Origin: Candidatus Shapirobacteria bacterium
GTDB taxonomy: Bacteria; Patescibacteriota; Microgenomatia; UBA12405
Reading direction: 5' to 3'
DNA length: 64,000 nt
Assembly: GCA_041659325.1 (NCBI GenBank)
Contig: JBAZYN010000003.1
Location: 71,296-135,295, forward strand
Under the pieces are notes generated by a model. That model worked only from the letters and a program-made list of their open reading frames with translations, was not told where the DNA came from and made no database searches. Both the position numbers and the translations under genes were made by a program. Of the stretch, positions 46,913 through 56,331 are shown in pieces. Position 1 is the stretch's first letter. Each line of letters opens with the position of its first letter.

Positions 46913-47398
46913 TTGATTTTTTTGATATCTAGTGATACGATATATATCATGGTACAAGTTGAAATAGAGGACAGAAGAGAAGGAGTGTCGGTGGTCGTGC
47001 CTAGGTTTTCTTTGGGGGCTTTATCTTGCTATAAAGACCCTACTGGACAAGTTAGGGTGGAGTTGGGAGAAGGGGTGGCATCGGTTGAGATTAGGAAAGG
47101 GTGTTGTGGGGTGCTGATGGATGGAACAAAACCAGCGGGAATTGTGGACTTTTCGCGTGCGTCAGAAAGTTGGCAAGTACATATGAATGGGGATGGTGGA
47201 ACTAGATACTCTTTGAAAAAAGGAAACGAAGGTTTTCAGCTCGTGAGGGCAAGTGACGGAAAACCAATAATTAGCGGTGTCGATTCAGATGATGTTCAGG
47301 GTGCAATAAGGGTAAAACTTGAAAATATAGGGGCTGGTATTCATGTGAAGAGGTATTTTGACGACCCTGTCCGATTGTGGGTAACCAGAACTGAATAA
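46913..47398 (+). CDS. hypothetical protein (likely start ~46949, MVQVEIEDRR)
   Basis: 161-aa ORF. Confidence 0.45.
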   Translation: MIFLISSDTIYIMVQVEIEDRREGVSVVVPRFSLGALSCYKDPTGQVRVELGEGVASVEIRKGCCGVLMDGTKPAGIVDFSRASESWQVHMNGDGGTRYSLKKGNEGFQLVRASDGKPIISGVDSDDVQGAIRVKLENIGAGIHVKRYFDDPVRLWVTRTE

Positions 47399-47424
47399 GA
47401 ACCGATCTTTATGAACTAAAAAAG

Positions 47425-48339
47425 TTACTGCATTTCCTCGGAGATGGGCTTCACACAAACTAGACCTCCGGCGCAGGTGAGATTAACGGTTTGGTACTGA
47501 CCGGGATCCGGATTGTAGTTGGTGCAGAAAGCGCCATTGCCGGAACAAGTATAGGTGGGAGCCGGAGTGGAGGTGGGTCTAGTGGTGGGAACAGCGGTAG
47601 GAATAGGCCTGATACAAACCAGACCTGAGGCACAGGTAAGATTTAGGGTTTGATACTGACCGGGGTTTGGATTGTTGTTTGAGCAGAAAGCGCCATTGCC
47701 GGAACAAGTATAGGTGGGAGCCGGAGTGGAGGTGGGTCTAGTGGTGGGAACAGCGGGAGAAATAGGCCTTATGCAAACTTGATTATTGGCACAAGTTAGA
47801 TTAAGAGTCTGATAATTAGTGGAATCCGGATTGAAGTTGGTGCAGAAAGCGCCATTACCGGAACAAGTATAGGTGGGAGCGGAGGTGGGCCGGGTGGTGG
47901 GGACAGCGGGCGGAGTATCGCCACAAGCGGAACCACTACAGACACCGTTTTTGCAGGAAAGACCTGAACGACAACCAAACCAAGAAGTGCATCTTTGGCC
48001 GCAGCTACCACGAGAAGAATTGGTGGGATTTATTTTACAGATTATATCGGTATACCGATTGCGATAGGTGGAATCTTGGTGACAGGGGGAACTAGCGTCC
48101 CGACCGGAAGTGTAGCTATATGTCTGAGAGGGAGAACCTGAACAATTTGTATTGCTAGCATTATAAACAGAAACACGGCAGCTGTATTGAAGAGCGGCCT
48201 GATTTTCGACAACACGGCGTTGACCGATATAGCGTATCCCGGCGAAGAGACCGAGAGCGGTGACAACTAAACCAGTGAGGACAGCAACCTGGGCAAGGCC
48301 GGATTGCATTTTTTTTGTGGAAAAAGCGTTTATAACCAT
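47425..48339 (-). CDS. secreted Cys-rich protein with three ~46-aa tandem repeats
   Basis: TM/signal; 3x (AVPTTRPTSTPAPTYTCSGNGAFCTN.NPDPGQYQTLNLTCA.GLVCIRPI); ~138-bp nucleotide tandem repeats. Confidence 0.75.
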   Translation of the reverse strand: MVINAFSTKKMQSGLAQVAVLTGLVVTALGLFAGIRYIGQRRVVENQAALQYSCRVSVYNASNTNCSGSPSQTYSYTSGRDASSPCHQDSTYRNRYTDIICKINPTNSSRGSCGQRCTSWFGCRSGLSCKNGVCSGSACGDTPPAVPTTRPTSAPTYTCSGNGAFCTNFNPDSTNYQTLNLTCANNQVCIRPISPAVPTTRPTSTPAPTYTCSGNGAFCSNNNPNPGQYQTLNLTCASGLVCIRPIPTAVPTTRPTSTPAPTYTCSGNGAFCTNYNPDPGQYQTVNLTCAGGLVCVKPISEEMQ

Positions 48340-48441
48340 AAAGGATAGATGATTAAACTAGTGATTGATTAATAGTGGCATACGGTGGCGAAAAACACAA
48401 TAAATAGGACGACGTTGATTAGGCGGTGGTTTGGGTGGAGT

Positions 48442-48858
48442 CTAAATATTGGCCTCTTGCTTCTCGCTTATGGCTTTGAGTTTTGCTTTTTTTTCGTATT
48501 TTTTGACTTTGCGGCCGACCCCGATTTCGACTTTGAACCAATGGCCTTTGAGGAAAATGGCGATGGGAATGAGCATGTATTTTTGATTGCGGTAGCTTTG
48601 TAGTTTGGCAATTTCTTTTTCGGATAAAAGAAGCGAGCGGTCGTGAGTGGTGTCGACAACCTGGCCCTGGGAAAATTTGTAAAGCGGGATTTGAAGGTTG
48701 ATCAAAACCGGCTGACCATTTTTGATTTCGACTTTTGAGCTGGCAAACTGGACGGTTTGGGTGCGCAGCGACTTGACGTCGGAGCCGGTGAGAACCAGGC
48801 CCGCTTCAAATTTTTCGACAAACTTGTAGTCGAGTGAATCGCGATTAAAATGACGCAT
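48442..48858 (-). CDS. smpB: SsrA-binding protein SmpB
   Basis: MRHF...KFEAGLVLTGSDVKSLR... Confidence 0.9.
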   Translation of the reverse strand: MRHFNRDSLDYKFVEKFEAGLVLTGSDVKSLRTQTVQFASSKVEIKNGQPVLINLQIPLYKFSQGQVVDTTHDRSLLLSEKEIAKLQSYRNQKYMLIPIAIFLKGHWFKVEIGVGRKVKKYEKKAKLKAISEKQEANI

Positions 48859-48904
48859 GAGGGAAGTAGAAAGTTATAAAGGATTGGATATTGAAATTAT
48901 CTCA

Positions 48905-49140
48905 TACTAAAACCTAGCCTTCTCTCCTTAACCCTACTTAGCTTAGGGTACGGATAGACGAGAGAAAGAGGGGAAACAATGCACGCCAAATCCCTCTAAA
49001 TCTCCCTTTGACAAGGGAGACTTCAAAACCCCACACCCTTTCGGGAGCTCCCCTTGACCCTCCTATCGGCGGGCAGGCAAGGGAGCAAAATCTTCCCCTA
49101 TCCCCTCCTTTGAAGAAAGGAGGGGGCTTCTCTTCAGATA
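48905..49140. repeat. Mosaic repeat block
   Basis: aaatccctctaaatctccctttgacaagggagacttcaaaacccc... (compare 29890-29960); cccctatcccctcctttgaagaaaggaggggg. Confidence 0.8.
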
Positions 49141-49217
49141 ATGTTTAGATTGACGGTATAGAGTGGTTTTATATAGTGGGGTATTTTGGGGAAATGGTTT
49201 GAGGTAAAATCAGGATA

Positions 49218-49709
49218 GTGAATGGATTAAAAATCAGACCATATCAGGATAATGATTCCAGGGCTGTATGCCAAATGTTTGAAGATTTTATTGATTATTT
49301 GGCTACACTTGACCCGATGGGAAGAGTTGTAAAACAGGCAGAATACGGTAAAAATTACCTTGATAAAACGTTAAAAGACCTAAAAAATAAGGATGGAGTT
49401 TTTTTGGTGGCGGAAGTTGATGAAAAAATTGTGGGGACGGGGGTGGCGGTGATTGAAACATTGAGCCCGGAAGATTTGATGGAGGTGCTGCCGCATAAAC
49501 CGGGAAGGGTTTCAGAATTATTCGTTTCCAGCCAATACCGAAGGCAAGGAATCGGCACTACGCTAATGCAGCATCTGGAAACTTATTTGAAACAAAAAGG
49601 TTGCAATACTATTCATATTGAAGTTTTTGCCCCAAATCATTTATCCCATAAACTTTACGAAAGATTGGGTTTTTCTGACCGAAATATTGATTTGATAAAA
49701 TTATTGTAG
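49218..49709 (+). CDS. GNAT family N-acetyltransferase
   Basis: YRRQGIGTTLMQHLETYLKQKG (acetyl-CoA binding motif A). Confidence 0.8.
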   Translation: MNGLKIRPYQDNDSRAVCQMFEDFIDYLATLDPMGRVVKQAEYGKNYLDKTLKDLKNKDGVFLVAEVDEKIVGTGVAVIETLSPEDLMEVLPHKPGRVSELFVSSQYRRQGIGTTLMQHLETYLKQKGCNTIHIEVFAPNHLSHKLYERLGFSDRNIDLIKLL

Positions 49710-49860
49710 ATTGAAGAAAAAGAAAATTTGGATATTTTTACTTTTGGTTTTGTTGGCGGTGGTTTTTGTAGTTTTGGTGGGCAAAGGGGGGGAATCAAAT
49801 TGCGGGGGAGAATCAGGGATAAAGTGTATGATTTAGATAAAGCTGCTGGCCCCCTCATTT

Positions 49861-49994
49861 AAATCTACCCCCATCCCCTCCTTTGAGGAAAGGAGGGGCA
49901 ATGCTCATCATCGTAACTGAATAGAGAGAATGAGGTGATCTCGTGTTTCTTGCCGTAAAGATTGACACTCCGCCAGTTGGCGGATCGCAATGAC
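49861..49994. repeat. Rep135 copy 4
   Basis: aaatctacccccatcccctcctttgaggaaaggaggggcaatgctcatcatcgtaactgaatagag...ccgccagttggcggatcgcaatgac. Confidence 0.85.
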
Positions 49995-50055
49995 AAGATT
50001 CGGAAACGGATCAAGTGAAGAGGTGAAGGATAAGTAGGTAGGATATAATCGAAAG

Positions 50056-50487
50056 ATGAAGATAAAAATAAAAAGATTTGATAAGAATATTCCCCTACCC
50101 CTGTATAAGACCGAGGGGGCGGCTTGTTTGGATTTGTATTCCAGGACGGAAACAAAAATTTTGCCACATACGGTCGGATTTATTCCGTTAAACGTGGCTT
50201 TGAGTATTCCAAAGGGGTATTGGGTGATGATTGCCGCGCGAGGATCTACCCACAAATTTGGGATTATGCCGGTTCACGGAATTGGAATTGGTGACTGGGA
50301 CTTCAGAGGTGACAATAATGAGTATCTTTTCCCGGCGCTGAATTTTACCGACAAAGAGGTAACTATTGAAAAAGGTACCCGAATTGCCCAGATGATGATT
50401 TCTAAGGTCGAAAAAGTAGAAATAACCGAAGTGAATAAGCTTGAGGACAAAGACAGGGGCAAATTTGGATCGACGGGAGAAAAATAA
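50056..50487 (+). CDS. dut: dUTP diphosphatase
   Basis: GAACLDLYS, ARGSTHKFG, GIGDWDFRGD, DRGKFGSTG (dUTPase motifs 1-5). Confidence 0.85.
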   Translation: MKIKIKRFDKNIPLPLYKTEGAACLDLYSRTETKILPHTVGFIPLNVALSIPKGYWVMIAARGSTHKFGIMPVHGIGIGDWDFRGDNNEYLFPALNFTDKEVTIEKGTRIAQMMISKVEKVEITEVNKLEDKDRGKFGSTGEK

Positions 50488-50560
50488 ATCTTTTTGTAGA
50501 AAGGGGTAATTATTTTAGTCCATTTTTTAATTTTTCTAAAAAATGTGATATATTTCGCAT

Positions 50561-51193
50561 ATGGGTAGAATACTTAAGGAGGGTTTAGAAAATTGGCTTA
50601 GTAGAATATCCGGGACTACGGGTGCCGTTCCCGAACGGCGTGGGTCTGCGGAAGAAGTAAAGGAGGAAAGGAGAGGGAATATAAAGAAGGCCTTTGCGCA
50701 TGCCGTTGAACACAGCAGTCAGAAAGTGGCTATTGTTTGCACTTCAGGGCTAAGGAGTACAGACCGAGAAAAATTGGTACCTATTCTTGTCGAAGCCGTG
50801 CGAGAGTATACTAGTCTTACGCAGAGACAGGTTCTTGACGGCCTGATACTGGCACAGCCGGAAAGAACCATTGTGGTAACCGACTGTACTCCAGAGTTAT
50901 TAGGAAAGAATCCGAATTTAGAGAGAGAAATTCAACGCCAAATTACACTGAATGTTTCTGGTAAAGGCACGGGGAAGGGTGATAAGCGACTAATTCTGAT
51001 TACTGATCACTTACCCGATCCTACGGCATTACATGATAATAATTTACCCTGGTTAAAAGAGCGTGTATGGTCTATCAGATCAATGGGGGCAAACGATGTG
51101 GCCCTGGCTAAGGTCAAACTTGCCGATCCTTCTCGGAACAAGCCCTGGAGCGGGGAATGGGTTGAGGATGAGCTCGTACGATTCGGAAGATGA
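50561..51193 (+). CDS. hypothetical protein
   Basis: 210-aa ORF, slightly GC-elevated. Confidence 0.45.
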   Translation: MGRILKEGLENWLSRISGTTGAVPERRGSAEEVKEERRGNIKKAFAHAVEHSSQKVAIVCTSGLRSTDREKLVPILVEAVREYTSLTQRQVLDGLILAQPERTIVVTDCTPELLGKNPNLEREIQRQITLNVSGKGTGKGDKRLILITDHLPDPTALHDNNLPWLKERVWSIRSMGANDVALAKVKLADPSRNKPWSGEWVEDELVRFGR

Positions 51194-51269
51194 AATTTGG
51201 CAGGTTTTTACATTTAGTTAATAAACAGGCGTATAATGAGGGTGTTAGAGATGTTACGTTGAAATTCTT

Positions 51270-51614
51270 ATGCTGATATTAATCTTGCTTTTGATCTTGG
51301 GCTCGCTTTTGGTTTATATTTCCAGATTTAACTTTATGCCGGTAACGGTTAACCTGGGGTGGTATGTGATTGCGGATGTTCCCCTGTTTTATGTAATCGT
51401 AGGGTCGATGGTTTTTGGGCTAGTTTTGTCCTATCTGGTTTATTTGATCAATAGCATTTCCAGATCTTTGGTCCTGCGCGGGAAAGACAATGAAATAAAA
51501 AAATACAAGGAAGAAATTTTGGAATTGACCAAACAGGTGCATCAGCTGGAACTGGAAAACGAAAAACAAAAAAATGATAAAAACCCGGTACCGACTGACA
51601 CAGATGCGCTATGA
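51270..51614 (+). CDS. LapA/DUF1049-like small membrane protein with a coiled-coil tail
   Basis: Two TM helices then EEILELTKQVHQLELENEKQ. Confidence 0.5.
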   Translation: MLILILLLILGSLLVYISRFNFMPVTVNLGWYVIADVPLFYVIVGSMVFGLVLSYLVYLINSISRSLVLRGKDNEIKKYKEEILELTKQVHQLELENEKQKNDKNPVPTDTDAL

Positions 51615-52069
51615 AAAACCTTTTGGGGAAGATTTATAAAGCCCTGCATCTTCCGAAAGAGTCCCAACTGTTTTTTATGCGGTTACTAAACGACCGGTTT
51701 TTGGTGGGAGTGACGGGAATTATTTTTAATGAGAAAAAGGAAATCCTTTTACTAAAACATACTTACCGATCACATGCCTGGAGCTTGCCGGGGGGGTACC
51801 TTAAATCGGGTGAACACCCGCGCGAGGCACTGGAGAGAGAAATCAGGGAAGAATCAGGACTGGTGGTTTCGGTGGACGAGTCTTTGAAAATCCGAACTGA
51901 CCGGGAAAGCCCCCGATTGGATATTTGTTATTTTGGGGTGTTGATCGGCGGGGATTTTGTCCCGACTAAAGAAGTCGAGGAGTACGGATTTTTTGCCCAG
52001 GATAAACTGCCGCTACTTCGGAAAAATCAGGTCATCTTGATTGATGAGGTATTGAAAGATCACAGTTGA
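51611..52069 (+). CDS. NUDIX hydrolase
   Basis: GGYLKSGEHPREALEREIREESGL. Confidence 0.8.
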   Translation: MKNLLGKIYKALHLPKESQLFFMRLLNDRFLVGVTGIIFNEKKEILLLKHTYRSHAWSLPGGYLKSGEHPREALEREIREESGLVVSVDESLKIRTDRESPRLDICYFGVLIGGDFVPTKEVEEYGFFAQDKLPLLRKNQVILIDEVLKDHS

Positions 52070-52082
52070 AACCCGCGGTGGG

Positions 52083-52973
52083 ATGGAGGAGGCAAGTTGT
52101 TTTGTTATTATTAAGTTAGTATATAAATATATGGCTGACTGGGAAAAAATATCAAGCAGAGGTAATGTTGAAGACAGACGGTCGTGGGGCCCGGCGGTGG
52201 CCGGAGGTCTGAGTGTAACCGGGATCATCATTTATCTTCTGATTAGTTTACTAACAAACGGCCAGGTTGATATCCCTATTGATCAGTTGGGAGGTGGCCA
52301 GGTAGAGGACCAGGAGAATCTTGAGAGACAAGACTTTGAGGGAGCGGACAGTTATGAGGTATTTGCTTCGACTGTTTTGGGGTCTAATAATGAGATGTGG
52401 GAGAAGGTGTTTGAGAAGACCCAAGAACCCTATGTTCCCCCGAGATTGGTACTATTCCGCAACTCCACCGAATCGGCGTGCGGGGTGGCTAATTCACAGG
52501 TGGGGCCACATTACTGTTTTTCGGATGAGACTATTTATTTGGACGAGACTTTTTTTGATGAATTAACCCAACAATATGGGGCCAGAGGAGGAGATGTGGC
52601 GGAAGCTTACATTATTTCCCATGAAGTGGGGCATCACGCGCAAAATCAAATGGGTCTAATTGACGCGAAAACCGGGGAAATACAACTGAGGGGAGAGAGC
52701 GCTAATGATTTGAGTATAAAACTGGAACTCCAGGCGGATTGTTTTGCCGGATTGTGGGCAAATTCGATTAGGGATTTGGATGTTTTGTCACCCGGGGAAA
52801 TATCTGAGGCGATGGATGCGGCAGCAACAGTAGGAGACGACCGGATTCAGGAAAAGGTAACCGGGCGGATTAGCCCGGAAAATTGGACTCACGGCTCGTC
52901 TGAACAGCGCGTTTCCTGGTTTACTAAAGGGTATGAATCGGGGACGGTGTCGGCGTGTGATACATTTGAGTAA
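52083..52973 (+). CDS. YpfJ-family neutral zinc metallopeptidase (likely start 52131, MADWEKISSRGNVEDRRS)
   Basis: NVEDRR N-terminal motif, TM, HEVGHHAQ zinc site. Confidence 0.8.
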   Translation: MEEASCFVIIKLVYKYMADWEKISSRGNVEDRRSWGPAVAGGLSVTGIIIYLLISLLTNGQVDIPIDQLGGGQVEDQENLERQDFEGADSYEVFASTVLGSNNEMWEKVFEKTQEPYVPPRLVLFRNSTESACGVANSQVGPHYCFSDETIYLDETFFDELTQQYGARGGDVAEAYIISHEVGHHAQNQMGLIDAKTGEIQLRGESANDLSIKLELQADCFAGLWANSIRDLDVLSPGEISEAMDAAATVGDDRIQEKVTGRISPENWTHGSSEQRVSWFTKGYESGTVSACDTFE

Positions 52974-52981
52974 TATAATTA

Positions 52982-53197
52982 ATGCAGATGAAGAAATTAA
53001 CGATGGCGACTATTGGAGTGGTGTCGGGATTGTACCTTCTGAATCCGGGATTTGGGATATTTGAGCTTATTCCTGATGCGGTGCCGTTTGTGGGGAATTT
53101 GGATGAGGGGACGGCGACATTTTTTTTGTTATCGGCATTGGCTTATTTTGGGATAGATGTCAGAGACGTTTTTGGCGGCTGGGGAAAGAGGAAGTAG
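52982..53197 (+). CDS. DUF1232 (YkvA-like) membrane protein
   Basis: IPDAVPFVGNLDEG. Confidence 0.6.
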   Translation: MQMKKLTMATIGVVSGLYLLNPGFGIFELIPDAVPFVGNLDEGTATFFLLSALAYFGIDVRDVFGGWGKRK

Positions 53198-53284
53198 GGC
53201 GTTTATTGTATTGCATGATTTTGGTAATACAAGTTACTAAAAAAAATATTCCCAAGTTACAGAATACTAACATTGATTAGTCCA

Positions 53285-53415
53285 TACTTTTCTTAGTCTG
53301 AATTGAGACGGGTAATTAACCCTAATAAACAACAGTTAATTTAAGTAGGTAATTAACCAAAATAAATATCTATTAGTTAATTCTATCCCGTCTCAATTCG
53401 GCACTTATATGAAAA
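53285..53415. repeat. ~130-bp AT-rich element bounded by ~30-bp imperfect (15-bp perfect) inverted repeats, upstream of the crp-like gene
   Basis: tctgaattgagacggg ... cccgtctcaattcgg; internal gtaattaacc x2. Confidence 0.7.
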
Positions 53416-53644
53416 GTACCAAAGCAGGGGCCAAGATTTCTTTGATGTCGGGTAAAATAGATTTCCGGTCCCCTATTAAAAGAAACGGGTTGCCGAATTG
53501 GCCGTTTAAAGTACCTAGGCATAGTCTTTTGTACAACATCTGGTCACTAATTTCGACACCGCCAATAAACTAATAATCCCCGGAAAATTATCTCCCGAAT
53601 ATTTTTTGGTATACTTATGTATATTGGGTTGATAGGAGGTAAAG

Positions 53645-54307
53645 TTGCATACCGATAAAACAAAGGCCTTTGAGGAGTTTTATAAACAATTTACGGTCCG
53701 TGATTACAAAAAGGGAGAAATGCTTATCCGGGCTGATGACGACCCACAGGGCATTTTTTGTTTAAAAAAAGGATATGTCCGACAATACACGATTTCTAAG
53801 GCCGGCTTTGAGCTTACGCTCCATATCCTTAAGCCTATCTCGTATTTTCCTATGGTATGGGCGGTTAACGGCACACCCAATGTATATTTTTTTGAAGCTT
53901 TAACTCCGGTCGAAGTCGGGCGGGCGCCACGGGACCAGGTGGTCAATTTTATCAAAGACAAACCAACGATTATTTTTGAATTGTTGAGTGAATTAATTGA
54001 GGATTATGCCGAATCACTGATGCGGATTGAACATTTAGTTTTTAGCGATGCCCACCGCCGGGTGATTTCAGTCCTGATTTATATAGCAAAGCATTTTGGA
54101 GAAGTACGGGATAAGGGGATTATAGTTAACCACCGCTTTACCCAGCAGGATATAGCTACTTTGGTGGGGGTGGCGAGAGAGACAGCCAGTATTGAAATGG
54201 CGAAATTGGAAAAAGATGGCTTTGTTAAATATATTGATCATGCCATGGTGTTTAAAGACATGGATAAATTAGAATCCGAGTTATTAACAGATAATTCGAA
54301 ATCGTAA
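53645..54307 (+). CDS. Crp/Fnr family transcriptional regulator
   Basis: cNMP-binding beta-roll region; C-terminal HTH QQDIATLVGVARETASIEMAKLEKDGFV. Confidence 0.8.
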   Translation: MHTDKTKAFEEFYKQFTVRDYKKGEMLIRADDDPQGIFCLKKGYVRQYTISKAGFELTLHILKPISYFPMVWAVNGTPNVYFFEALTPVEVGRAPRDQVVNFIKDKPTIIFELLSELIEDYAESLMRIEHLVFSDAHRRVISVLIYIAKHFGEVRDKGIIVNHRFTQQDIATLVGVARETASIEMAKLEKDGFVKYIDHAMVFKDMDKLESELLTDNSKS

Positions 54308-54464
54308 TATCGACGAAGGTAAATTGGCTGATGGTGGCGAAGAGTTGGTGAAGGGACAGGACGACGGAAGTTAATAATAAATTTGTTATGTAGATCACAT
54401 GGAAGTTGTAGTGGGCGTTACTGTGTATCACATCAATTAACGGTAGACTTCTAGTACTTCAGAT

Positions 54465-54632
54465 ATGACAACTACTACAAGGCAAAGGATAACTTTGTTT
54501 ATTAACCACTCGGTGGCCAAACATGCCAGAGCGGAGGCAGTAGTGGAAGAGCTGACTTTGTCTAACCTGGTGGAAAAGGCGTTAACTCAATATTTACCAA
54601 AAGTTACAATAATTAAAAAAATCGAATTATAA
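54465..54632 (+). CDS. small ribbon-helix-helix (CopG/antitoxin-like) protein, 55 aa, below the ORF-track cutoff
   Basis: MTTTTRQRITLFINHSVAKHARAEAVVEELTLSNLVEKALTQYL...; RHH pattern (beta-strand KxITLxI, then a helix with SLSxLVExAL). Confidence 0.45.
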   Translation: MTTTTRQRITLFINHSVAKHARAEAVVEELTLSNLVEKALTQYLPKVTIIKKIEL

Positions 54633-54678
54633 GTTGATATAAATCTATAAAAATTTACAAAAAGGTTGGTGAATAAAT

Positions 54679-54891
54679 ATGACAACTATAGTAAATAGTC
54701 CGACTCCGGCAGCTGACAATAGCGGTAGCGGATTTTTGATCGGTGTTTTGGTTTTGGTAGGACTGGGCTTGTTATTTGTTTACTTTGGTCTTCCGGCGAT
54801 TAGGCGGATGGGGCCAATTGAGGTAAATGTACCGGCTGCGCAAATTAATGTCCCGGATAAAATTGATGTTAATGTCCAACCGGCAGAATAA
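54679..54891 (+). CDS. small membrane protein
   Basis: Single TM FLIGVLVLVGLGLLFVYF. Confidence 0.4.
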   Translation: MTTIVNSPTPAADNSGSGFLIGVLVLVGLGLLFVYFGLPAIRRMGPIEVNVPAAQINVPDKIDVNVQPAE

Positions 54892-54991
54892 GAATATAAA
54901 TTTTGTGATTTTACTAATTTCTTACACATAATTTATATTTCTTTGAGCGAATAAATTTAGAATTTAAATAGTTATTAATTTTTTAAAAAAT

Positions 54992-55243
54992 ATGGGTATT
55001 TTACTTTGGATAATCTTTGGAGGGTTGGCAGGCTATATTGCCTCCGTTATTATGAAGACTAATTATAGTCAGGGCACTTTGTCGGACATAATTTTGGGGA
55101 TAGTCGGAGCGGTGGTGGGAGGATATTTGACAGGGACGGTGGGGCAACCGGGCGTAACAGGCTTTAATGTTAACAGCCTAATTGTGGCCGTAGTCGGGGC
55201 CATAGTAGTTATATATATTGGCCGGTTAATCCGAAATAGATAG
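54992..55243 (+). CDS. GlsB/YeaQ/YmgE family stress membrane protein
   Basis: GILLWIIFGGLAGYIAS...GIVGAVVGGYL. Confidence 0.8.
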   Translation: MGILLWIIFGGLAGYIASVIMKTNYSQGTLSDIILGIVGAVVGGYLTGTVGQPGVTGFNVNSLIVAVVGAIVVIYIGRLIRNR

Positions 55244-55292
55244 CCCTTAGAACAATTTAATAATTTAATAAAATAACCATTTAAAAATAAAT

Positions 55293-55559
55293 ATGACAGA
55301 TGTACAAAAGAAAAGAGAGGTAAAAAATACAAACGGAGTTAACCCTATTGTGGCCGGAATTGCCGGAGCGGTGGTGGGAGGAGTAGCGGTGGCAACTTCA
55401 ATGGTTATGAGCAATAAAAAAAACCGCGACAAAATAAAAGCCGGACTGGCATCGGCAAAAGACAAGACAGTGGAATATTTGGATGAGGTGAAAAAACAGG
55501 CATCGGATAGAAAATCGGAGGTAAAAGAAAAAGTAATTCAGGAGGTTAAAAAATTATGA
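55293..55559 (+). CDS. YtxH-like small stress protein
   Basis: GIAGAVVGGVAVATSMVMSNKKNRDKIKAGL... then a Lys/Glu-rich helix. Confidence 0.55.
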   Translation: MTDVQKKREVKNTNGVNPIVAGIAGAVVGGVAVATSMVMSNKKNRDKIKAGLASAKDKTVEYLDEVKKQASDRKSEVKEKVIQEVKKL

Positions 55560-56008
55560 CAAAAATAATCAAAGAAACCATTACGACAGGAAGAAATAGT
55601 AGTAATAGTATACCCGGACCAACTATTGCCACTCCGGTGATAGCGGATGGAGACAGTAGTGAACCGATTTTGACCACCCAGGTAAAAACAGGGGCATCTA
55701 ACCGGGAGATGATCGAGTACATGATCTACTTCTTCCTGGGAGTTATTGAAGTTCTGTTGGGATTTCGGCTTATTTTTAAGTTGGCCGGAGCCAGTCTGGC
55801 TAGCAGTTTTGTCAGGGTGATTTACTTTATCACCGGGTTGTTTGTCTTGCCCTTTGAAGGGATATTTCGCCGGGCGTATGCTGAGGGGGCAGAAGTGACA
55901 TCTGTTTTGGAGCCGTCAGTTTTGGTGGCGATGGTCGTTTATGTAATTTTGGCTTGGGGATTTGTGAAATTAGTGAGAATTTCCTCGGGCGAAAAACTGG
56001 AATCTTAA
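55556..56008 (+). CDS. YggT-like membrane protein
   Basis: GFRLIFKLAGAS...VIYFITGLFVLPFEGIFRR. Confidence 0.45.
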   Translation: MTKIIKETITTGRNSSNSIPGPTIATPVIADGDSSEPILTTQVKTGASNREMIEYMIYFFLGVIEVLLGFRLIFKLAGASLASSFVRVIYFITGLFVLPFEGIFRRAYAEGAEVTSVLEPSVLVAMVVYVILAWGFVKLVRISSGEKLES

Positions 56009-56035
56009 AGTTAATAATTGAGGAGAAAAAAATAT

Positions 56036-56173
56036 GGGATTATTGGACATAATCGTAGTGCTTCTAATTCTTTCGTGGTTGGGAGGATTTTCTCTCCACT
56101 TGGGAGGAGGGTTAATCCACCTACTTTTGGTTGTTGCAGTTATCATTTTTGTAGTCCGATTATTGGGCTAAAG
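56036..56173 (+). CDS. lmo0937-family small membrane protein (45 aa)
   Basis: MGLLDIIVVLLILSWLGGFSLHLGGGLIHLLLVVAVIIFVVRLLG; SD gaggag at 56022-56027. Confidence 0.8.
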
Positions 56174-56185
56174 GTAAAAATATAT

Positions 56186-56329
56186 GAACCTATCTTTTAC
56201 AAACTTAAGTCCTTTGACTTCGTTGGTATTTGGGATATTAATATTGGTGTTCCCAAGAATTATTAACTATCTAATCGCGGCCTATCTGATAATCGTGGGG
56301 CTTATCGGCTTGGGTATTTTGGGATAAAA
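56186..56329 (+). CDS. DUF3096-family small membrane protein (47 aa)
   Basis: MNLSFTNLSPLTSLVFGILILVFPRIINYLIAAYLIIVGLIGLGILG. Confidence 0.7.
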
Positions 56330-56331
56330 AA

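Noticed and set aside
47425-48339. Diversity-generating retroelement target (Asn-centred variation among the tandem repeats)
   Set aside because: There is no reverse transcriptase or template repeat in the window. Nucleotide differences between repeat units are not restricted to adenine positions.
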